Assembly: GCA_048881705.1 (NCBI GenBank)
Contig: JBHLSH010000057.1
Span: 1-25,941, forward strand
Origin: Candidatus Heimdallarchaeota archaeon
GTDB taxonomy: Archaea; Asgardarchaeota; Heimdallarchaeia; Hodarchaeales; Hodarchaeaceae
Direction: 5' to 3'
Length of the DNA stretch: 25,941 bases
Positions within the stretch are counted from its first letter, which is position 1. The number at the start of each line of letters is the position of its first letter. The position numbers and the translations under genes were made by a program. Positions 9,011 through 15,400 of the stretch are shown piece by piece. The notes under the pieces were generated by a model. It had not been told where the DNA came from. It saw only the letters and a list, made by a program, of their open reading frames with translations, and did no database searches.

Positions 9011-9538
9011 CTACCATTTCTTGTTGGCATATTTCTTTGTAATCTCTTGGGCTTTTTTCTTAAACTTCTCAGGACTATTCAAATACTCCACAGCGGCCTT
9101 CTTATTGAAAACATCCCTAGGGTTGGTATATGCCGCATCCACATCCAACATTGCAAGAATCGAATGAATCACCGTGGTAATATTTTTGGAAGGGGACCAC
9201 CCATCGGGCCGTCCAACTAGATCGGGGTCAATGAGAGCCAAACAGATATTCCGTTTCCCCTTATATTCATCAGGCTTAGGCCAAAAATTGGGATGCCAGA
9301 TTGGAGTATGTAAACGGACGAATGGGGGAATATAGGGATAATTTCCTCCGAACTTGATTTCGAGCTTGAATTTGCCCTTGCTGTACGGGGTTCCTTTCGG
9401 GCCTTCAAGGAGCAGGGCTAGGTGCTCAACAGATTTTTTTGGTCCCGGGAAAGCTTTCAGCTGTTTTATTGTCCCGCTTTTGTACAGCTTCTTCAGCTGA
9501 TTATAATCTTTGGAGATGCGTTTTATTCGAATTGAAAT
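9011..9538 (-). CDS. E2 ubiquitin-conjugating (UBC) enzyme, ~175 aa, probable ATT start
   Basis: Manual extension of track ORF 9011..9241 gives (M)SIRIKRISKDYNQLKKL...LLEGPKGTPYSKGKFKLEIKFGGNYPYIPPFVRLHTPIWHPNFWPKPDEYKGKRNICLALIDP...GWSPSKNITTVIHSILAML...NPRDVFNKKAA. It carries GPxGTPY, YPxxPP, HPN and the catalytic Cys. AGGAGGT lies 8 nt upstream of ATT at 9538. Confidence 0.93.
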   Translation of the reverse strand: MSIRIKRISKDYNQLKKLYKSGTIKQLKAFPGPKKSVEHLALLLEGPKGTPYSKGKFKLEIKFGGNYPYIPPFVRLHTPIWHPNFWPKPDEYKGKRNICLALIDPDLVGRPDGWSPSKNITTVIHSILAMLDVDAAYTNPRDVFNKKAAVEYLNSPEKFKKKAQEITKKYANKKW

Positions 9539-9551
9539 TGTGGTAAACCTC

Positions 9552-10796
9552 CTATTTGTACTGTAAATTCAAATATATTTCGGGGACATTCTCAAACCCC
9601 GTTACTAATACGGATTCGTGATTTCGAATGTTGAGATCCTCGAGGGATAAATCTAAGGAGATTTCATCTACTTCCGAGGAATCGATTCGAAAAACTGTTG
9701 GAGGAAATTCAGAATCGAAAGAGATTTTCTTCTTGTTAGCAATAAAATCAATGACCTTACGAACAGAATGGCTTGGTTTTGTTCGAATTCGATACAAGGG
9801 AGACCTACGAGGCCCACACAATTCACATTCTTGATTTCGAGGTTTAGGAATTTCGTAAAACTTCCCCGTTAGGCCGTTGTATATTATGTAGTTTAGCTGG
9901 AGCGTTCCAAGTTTCTGCTCATCAGAAGGTGTACGTAAATGATGAAGAATCTTAACCGCTTCTTGAGACTGGATTGAAGCGACAACTGTGTTTATGGTGA
10001 TCACTGTTGGTTCGTGGTTATCGATGATTTGAATGATCTGATCTACTGTGAATGGATTTACACCTGGGAAATGCTCTTGAAGAAGAGAGTTTGCGTAAGC
10101 TTGAACTTCCTTTATTTCGTCTATGTGCAAGATGTCGGCATTTCGACCATGGTCTTGTTCAAATTTTAGTTGCCCCTTCAATATACAATGGGCAGGACGA
10201 CGAGGAACACCCACTAAAGTACAAGCACCTAGTTGATCCTGTTCCCGTTCAGTCAAAGGATCACATTCCAAGCAAGCGTTGTGGAATGGCCATACAACAT
10301 AGATATGGCCATTGTAGGCGGCGGTGCCTGCATCTATCAATGGTTTTCTGAAGTGGATCGCACGACGATTAAGCTCCGATCGCGCCTCAATAGAATCTAA
10401 TCCAGCAACAAACAGATCAGCTTCGCAATAAAGCTGAGGAGCGAGGTCTTGCAGCGCCATATGATATCCTTCAACTTGAATGAAGGGATTTAACTTACGA
10501 AGCTGTTTGGCTGCGTATTCGGCTTTGGAGCTCCCTTCTGGTGCGCCAACAAAGAGAACCTGCCTATTAAGATTCGAGTACTCGATTGTGTCAAGATCCA
10601 CAAGGATGAGCCTGCCTACTCCTACCATCGCGAGGTTTTTCGCGATTTCCACTCCGAGACCTCCGATTCCTGCGAGGAGAACCGTGCTCTGTTTCAATAA
10701 CTCCTGGTTCCAGCCGGGAAGCCGGAATTGCCTATCAAAGCGTTGTTTTTCCTCATCCGAAAGGAGTTCACTTGTGAAATTCGACCGTTGGCTCAT
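9552..10796 (-). CDS. E1 Ubl-activating enzyme, Uba3/Uba2-like, with C-terminal ubiquitin-fold domain
   Basis: RFDRQ, GIGGLG, DLDTIEYSNLNRQ, two Zn pairs (CLEC, CELC), catalytic ACTLVGVPRRPAHC and a ~85-aa C-terminal beta-grasp-like tail. Start is ATG 10796 (MSQRS) or TTG 10814 abutting the Ubl stop. Confidence 0.95.
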   Translation of the reverse strand: MSQRSNFTSELLSDEEKQRFDRQFRLPGWNQELLKQSTVLLAGIGGLGVEIAKNLAMVGVGRLILVDLDTIEYSNLNRQVLFVGAPEGSSKAEYAAKQLRKLNPFIQVEGYHMALQDLAPQLYCEADLFVAGLDSIEARSELNRRAIHFRKPLIDAGTAAYNGHIYVVWPFHNACLECDPLTEREQDQLGACTLVGVPRRPAHCILKGQLKFEQDHGRNADILHIDEIKEVQAYANSLLQEHFPGVNPFTVDQIIQIIDNHEPTVITINTVVASIQSQEAVKILHHLRTPSDEQKLGTLQLNYIIYNGLTGKFYEIPKPRNQECELCGPRRSPLYRIRTKPSHSVRKVIDFIANKKKISFDSEFPPTVFRIDSSEVDEISLDLSLEDLNIRNHESVLVTGFENVPEIYLNLQYK

Positions 10797-10814
10797 CTGT
10801 TGTTCCCTACGCAA

Positions 10815-11213
10815 TTAACCTGCGGTTGATACAGGAATGATCAAACATTCTAGACCGTCTTCGATTTCGTAGTTGCCTAATATGTCATCTGGATCCAGTG
10901 TTCTCCCAGAAATAGATAAATGAAAATCCTGGGGATCAAGACCAAAGATCTGGCCAACTGTTATGGTGAGTTCTCGAACTGGCATTTCTGAATCAACCAT
11001 GAGTTTTTCGAGCTTCTCACCAGGACCAATCGTCGAGCGAAAATACAGATTTACACGGACGCCATGAGGAATTTTGGAGCTGGCTGGAGTTTTAGAATCA
11101 ATTCCAGGAGAAGGAGCTGGTTTAGGAGTTTCGGTATCATCTTCTGCCAAGTCTTCCATATCATCGAAGTCTTCATTTTCTTCTAGGGGTTTACGTTCTT
11201 CATTTTCAGACAT
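10815..11213 (-). CDS. Ubiquitin-like protein A (132 aa; acidic N-terminal tail; ends IPVSTAG)
   Basis: The C-terminal ~80 aa align by eye to ubiquitin (LYFRSTIG...IFGLDPQDFHLSISGRTLD...LGNYEIEDG...LIIPVSTAG). ATG at 11213 has AAAGGTGA upstream. The track's 11279 start lies in the promoter. Confidence 0.9.
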   Translation of the reverse strand: MSENEERKPLEENEDFDDMEDLAEDDTETPKPAPSPGIDSKTPASSKIPHGVRVNLYFRSTIGPGEKLEKLMVDSEMPVRELTITVGQIFGLDPQDFHLSISGRTLDPDDILGNYEIEDGLECLIIPVSTAG

Positions 11214-11274
11214 GTAATCACCTTTCCAACTAAATAAGGTTGGGTACATGTATCTAAGAGAACGGAGAGTGAAG

Positions 11275-11292
11275 TACACTTTAAACCTTCCT
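11275..11292 (-). promoter_or_regulatory. Candidate TATA box for the UblA-E1-E2-JAMM-RING operon
   Basis: The minus strand reads AGGAAGG-TTTAAA ~70 nt upstream of the UblA ATG, downstream of the UblB oligo-T tract. Confidence 0.4.
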
Positions 11293-11364
11293 ATTTAGAA
11301 GTGAATGGTTTTTTGATGGAATCATGGGAGGATATTGGTTTCTCTTGGACGGATCCATAGTGGA

Positions 11365-11385
11365 AGATAAAGAGAAAAAAAACAC
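11365..11385 (-). terminator. Oligo-T archaeal terminator after UblB
   Basis: The minus strand reads GTGTTTTTTTTCTCTTT (T8, forward A-run 11375-11382) ~25 nt after the UblB stop. Confidence 0.55.
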
Positions 11386-11406
11386 AGAATGAGGTCGGTA
11401 AAAACC

Positions 11407-11757
11407 TCATCCGGCTGTACTATGGGGGATTAACAGGATTTCATCCCCGTTATTAATCCCATAATCTCCGATTGGAGCAGACTCATCCAACGTACGTCCC
11501 GCGTGAGACAGGTGGAAGTCATCGGGATTCAACCCGAAAATGTTAGCTAACGTGTCACGAACGTCGCGAACAGGGGTATTTTCACCAACCGAGAGCTTTT
11601 CGGTTCGTTCAGGGCCCACTGTAGATTTAAAAAAAACATTCTTTCGTGGACCAGCACCAGTAGCAGATACAGGTGTTTTAGATTGGGCTGGAGTTTTGGA
11701 TTTAACTTGAGTTTGCCCTTCCTCAAGATCAAAGTCTAAATCTTCAAAGTCACTCAT
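11407..11757 (-). CDS. Ubiquitin-like protein B (116 aa; acidic N-terminal tail; ends IPHSTAG)
   Basis: NVFFKSTVG...IFGLNPDDFHLSHAGRTLDESAPIGDYGINNGDEILLIPHSTAG is a clear ubiquitin beta-grasp pattern and a paralogue of UblA. Confidence 0.92.
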   Translation of the reverse strand: MSDFEDLDFDLEEGQTQVKSKTPAQSKTPVSATGAGPRKNVFFKSTVGPERTEKLSVGENTPVRDVRDTLANIFGLNPDDFHLSHAGRTLDESAPIGDYGINNGDEILLIPHSTAG

Positions 11758-11813
11758 TTTTGTTCACTTTTTTTGCCTTTTTGAGGGTTTCAACTTGTAT
11801 ATGAAACTTGAGT

Positions 11814-11878
11814 AATATACGTAACATACACTTTATAAGCCTTACGAAATATACGTAACGTAAGAAAACTATATATAG
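11814..11878. promoter_or_regulatory. Divergent promoter with repeated operator-like boxes
   Basis: AATATACGTAAC occurs at 11814-11825 and 11848-11859, each with a TACGTA palindromic core. They flank TTTATAA (11832-11838). CTTACG (11841-46) and CGTAAG (11859-64) form an inverted pair, and CTATATATAG (11869-78) is a palindrome. Confidence 0.65.
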
Positions 11879-11933
11879 CTAAAACCGAGGAATGAACCCA
11901 GAATTGGTGACTTCCGCCTGATGTGATGTTCAA

Positions 11934-12314
11934 GTGCCCACAGATGCTCATAACGTCAAAATATCGGATAAGGCTTGGCAGCTACTACGCTGGGCAAAAC
12001 ATGAGCTGGATGTAAAGTCATACAGCGATGTTATTATTACACTGGATGAACAGATCACAAATAGCAGGAAAAAACTAGAGGAATCGCTAAAAACATTCGA
12101 TGTGGAGAGACATCGGATCCAGACTAAAACCCCTGAAGATTCTGGACTGAGAGCCTCTCCTGGTCCAAAAACCATTTTATTGCAAACGGACGCACGGAGA
12201 ATTCTAAATCGATTAAAATTGGAAAGTGACAGAGCAGATTACACATTTTCTGATGCTATCGACTTTCTTGTAGGAATTAGTGGGATCGAGATACCAGAAA
12301 GACTCAAAAAATAA
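11934..12314 (+). CDS. Tandem ribbon-helix-helix-type DNA-binding protein (putative regulator)
   Basis: Two similar units, HNVKISDKAWQLLRWAKHELDVKSYSDVIITL and KTILLQTDARRILNRLKLESDRADYTFSDAIDFL, each match the strand-helix-[YF]SD[VA]I-helix pattern of archaeal RHH/VapB-like proteins. GTG start. Confidence 0.65.
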   Translation: MPTDAHNVKISDKAWQLLRWAKHELDVKSYSDVIITLDEQITNSRKKLEESLKTFDVERHRIQTKTPEDSGLRASPGPKTILLQTDARRILNRLKLESDRADYTFSDAIDFLVGISGIEIPERLKK

Positions 12315-12387
12315 ACTCATGTCATATGATGCCTCATTTCTTTCTGAGGGGGGTGTCGTGAGGATATAGGATTTGGGAACGGAATAA

Positions 12388-12415
12388 TTTGTTGAAAAAT
12401 CGCTGTTTCAACAAA
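12388..12415. promoter_or_regulatory. Inverted repeat upstream of WD40 receptor-like gene A
   Basis: TTTGTTGAAA-N8-TTTCAACAAA has perfect 10-bp arms and ends 63 nt before the ATG at 12479. Confidence 0.5.
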
Positions 12416-12478
12416 GTAAAAATTCTCTGTGGTAACAAATAAATAGGAAGTTTCGACAAAGATAGGGAACCGCTAAAG

Positions 12479-15400
12479 ATGGAGTACCCGACCTTTATCC
12501 GATTTACCCTCAATATTAAACGGAGAGTGCCCATTTGGATCGTTATCCCAGTCATTTTAGCTGCCATTCTGCCAATCCCGTCTGATTCTTCCCTATTGAC
12601 CACCGATCCCTCTTTTTCCCGATCTTCGCAAAATTCCGCCTTTCCCAAGGAGACATCTCCACAGAGGAAGATCCAGCAACAAGGGGCGCAAGGTTTTGGT
12701 GATCCAATAGTAGCGATTTCGGATATCCGCGGTAACATCCAAAGCCTTGAATTTTCCCCCAGTGGGAGGTTTCTTGCGGTCGGTGGTCTTAATCCGGGTG
12801 CGGGGGGAGTCTGGGTCTGGGATGTTTCCCAAGGTGTCTTGCAATGGTTTAACGATCAGGCCCATCTTTCACTAACGAAATCCGTCGCTTTTTCTCCGGA
12901 TGAAAAGGTTCTTGCCTCAGTTGGCCACCGGGGGGGTATCGGATTGTGGAACATTTCGGATGGCACCAGAATCACGCTGTTCCCTGAATCAACGAATTAC
13001 AATTTTCAGCATCTTTTGTTTTCTCCGGATGGCACAGAACTCATTGGAAGTAGTAATGTCGGTTTTCTATATTCAGATGAAGCATATCTAACTTTTTGGA
13101 ATGTCTCCTCAGGAGAGCTTACAAAAGCGGTGATGCTCTCGTCTGGTCCCTCAGAGGATATGGCACTTTCTCCTAATGGTTCTCTTTTGGCAACGGGGAG
13201 TAAAACAGGTATCTATAGGGTATCTGTTTGGGATCTGACCACACCTGAGCCTGAACTCGTTCTTACATTCTCAGGGGAACGCTATACAACAACGGGAAGT
13301 TTGGATTTCTCGCCAGATGGTACTCTCTTAGTATCAGGGGGTAGCGATGGAATCCTTAATATTTGGAACCTGACGAGTAGGACAGAAATCCCCGGATCCC
13401 CAGTAATTGGCCATGACCTTGGGATGACATCCGTGAAGTTTTCGCCACAGGGAAGTATATTGGTCTCCGCTGAAGGAGGAGGGACCGGTACCAAACAGAT
13501 TAAATTCTGGGATACTACGACCTGGGAGAATTTTCACACCATTTCAGTAGAGACAGGTGCGCAATATCTGGCGTTCCATCCATCAGGAAATATTCTCGCC
13601 GTGAATGACTTTAGACTTGGAATTGTTTTTAGGAGTGTCGTTAGAAATCAAGCACAGGTTCAAAGACTGACATACCACACCAGTCAGGTCACTTCATTAA
13701 CATTCGGCTTCAATGATTTAATATTGGCCTCAGCGGACAGTAGTGCCAATATTCAACTCTGGAATGCATCAAACCAGCAGGCCTTGGAAAATTTCAAGGG
13801 TTCACCACCCACCATTCTTGGTACATCCATTACACGTTCAGCCGATGGGCAATGGCTGGCGTCGGGGAGTAGTGATCAAATCATTCGCTTCTGGAATGTA
13901 TCTACTGGGCAAGTCCAGTACACCTTGAGTGAGCATGAAACGAGTGTGATTTCTGTGGCATTTTCTCCCGATGGGCAATGGTTGGCCTCGGGAGATGATA
14001 AAGGAATGATTAAACTCTGGAACGTGACAAGTCCTACAAATTTTACGGTTCATCTCAATTTAACAGGGCATTTCTCTGCGGTAACTAGCCTTCAATTTTC
14101 CCCCGATAATCGTTTCTTGGCGAGTGGAAGTCATGCCTCGAGTATCTTCCTATGGAATCTTACCACTGGGAAAATTATAGCATCCCTACCTGGCCATAAA
14201 GATCGCGTCACATCAGTAGCGTTCGCACCTGACGGGACAAAGCTGATTTCAGCCAGCTGGGATGGAACTGTGAAAATATGGGCTATTCCAAGTGGGGCGA
14301 TAAGTGGAGTTGAATTAGCGCATCCTGATGCTGTCAATACGCTTGATTACTCCCAAGATGGAAAATTAATCGCATCAGGGGGAAGCAATGGCATAGTTCG
14401 CATATGGAATGCCACTACTGGTCTTTTACTAACCAGTTTTCATGATCAAGCACAGGAGATTCTCGCCCTGGCCTTTTCCCCTGATACAACTCTATTGGCT
14501 GCCGCAGGACGGGAGTTAGACGTTTTCCTGTATGACCTTGATCCACTCCCACTAGATACGGATAGGGATTCAATGGACAACCCTTGGGAGACAACCCATG
14601 GAATGGATCCCCTGAATTTCTGGGATGCATTTGATGATTCCGATGCTGATGGACTGATGAATACTATGGAATATTGGCTCGACACGAATCCACGCGAGCC
14701 TGATAGCGATTCCGATGGCATTCCTGATTTCTGGGAGTACATTTATCGCTCTGATCCATCCACCCCTGATGAGGACCAGGATGTCGATCACGATGAGATT
14801 CCAAACCTCTATGAATACCAGATGGGATTGAACAGCTTCATTAACGATAGTTGGAAAGATCTCGATGGAGATAGCTTAACCAACCTTGAGGAGGCTGAAT
14901 TTGGGAGCTGGGCAAACCGATCAGACAGTGATTTTGACGAGATGCCTGACTGGTATGAGTATCAGGCGGGGGGTGTATGGTTTGGTGTAAACTTTTTCCC
15001 AAATTTGGATCCATTAGTGAATGATTCTCAAGGAGACCTAGATAGGGATGGGATGCCAAACCTGTATGAGTACCTATATGGGTTAAAAGCATGGGTCCCT
15101 GGTGATGCGCTCACAGATTCCGATAACGATGGGATTAATAATTTGGCAGAATATCGAGCCGGCACCAATCCTCGCGATTTTTGGAGCGTCCCTGTGGAAA
15201 GCAGAAGTATCCCTCATCTGCTCATTACTGCCCTCATTATTATTTTCCTGCTAAGTAATTTGGTTTACTTTCAAGGGAAACGCCTGCTACGAAAGCGCTA
15301 CATCAGAAAATTCGGCGCCCCTGATTACGCAGCAGCCAAACGGGTACAAGAGGCCAATCTTCCAAATTATAGGTCATTGTTACAAGCCCAAGAACAGGCT

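Noticed and set aside
9552-9568. Programmed frameshift producing an E1-E2 fusion
   Set aside because: Geometrically possible (+1 at AAA-TAG), but there is no good slippery site. The correctly spaced SD plus ATT and a natural E2 N-terminus explain the data better. Kept only as an alternative.
6960-11757. Interpretation as a bacterial-type anti-phage Ubl system (CBASS Cap2/Cap3, Bil, Bub)
   Set aside because: No CD-NTase or effector is present, and no mobile or defence-island context is visible. The E1, E2 and JAMM motifs are eukaryote-like (Uba3-, UBC-, Rpn11/CSN5-type) and a RING is present. An antiviral role cannot be excluded, but nothing here supports it.
11892-11936. ATG at 11892 (GAGG upstream) is in frame with the RHH gene but interrupted by TGA at 11919 (MNPELVTSA*CDVQ), suggesting selenocysteine or readthrough
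   Set aside because: I see no archaeal SECIS-like GC-rich hairpin downstream and no redox motif context. The nearest TATA (11869-78) would place the TSS at or after this ATG, and GTG 11934 has its own GTGA SD.
12334-12738. 134-aa minus-strand ORF
   Set aside because: It overlaps the start of receptor gene A antisense and has no motif, so it is a shadow ORF.
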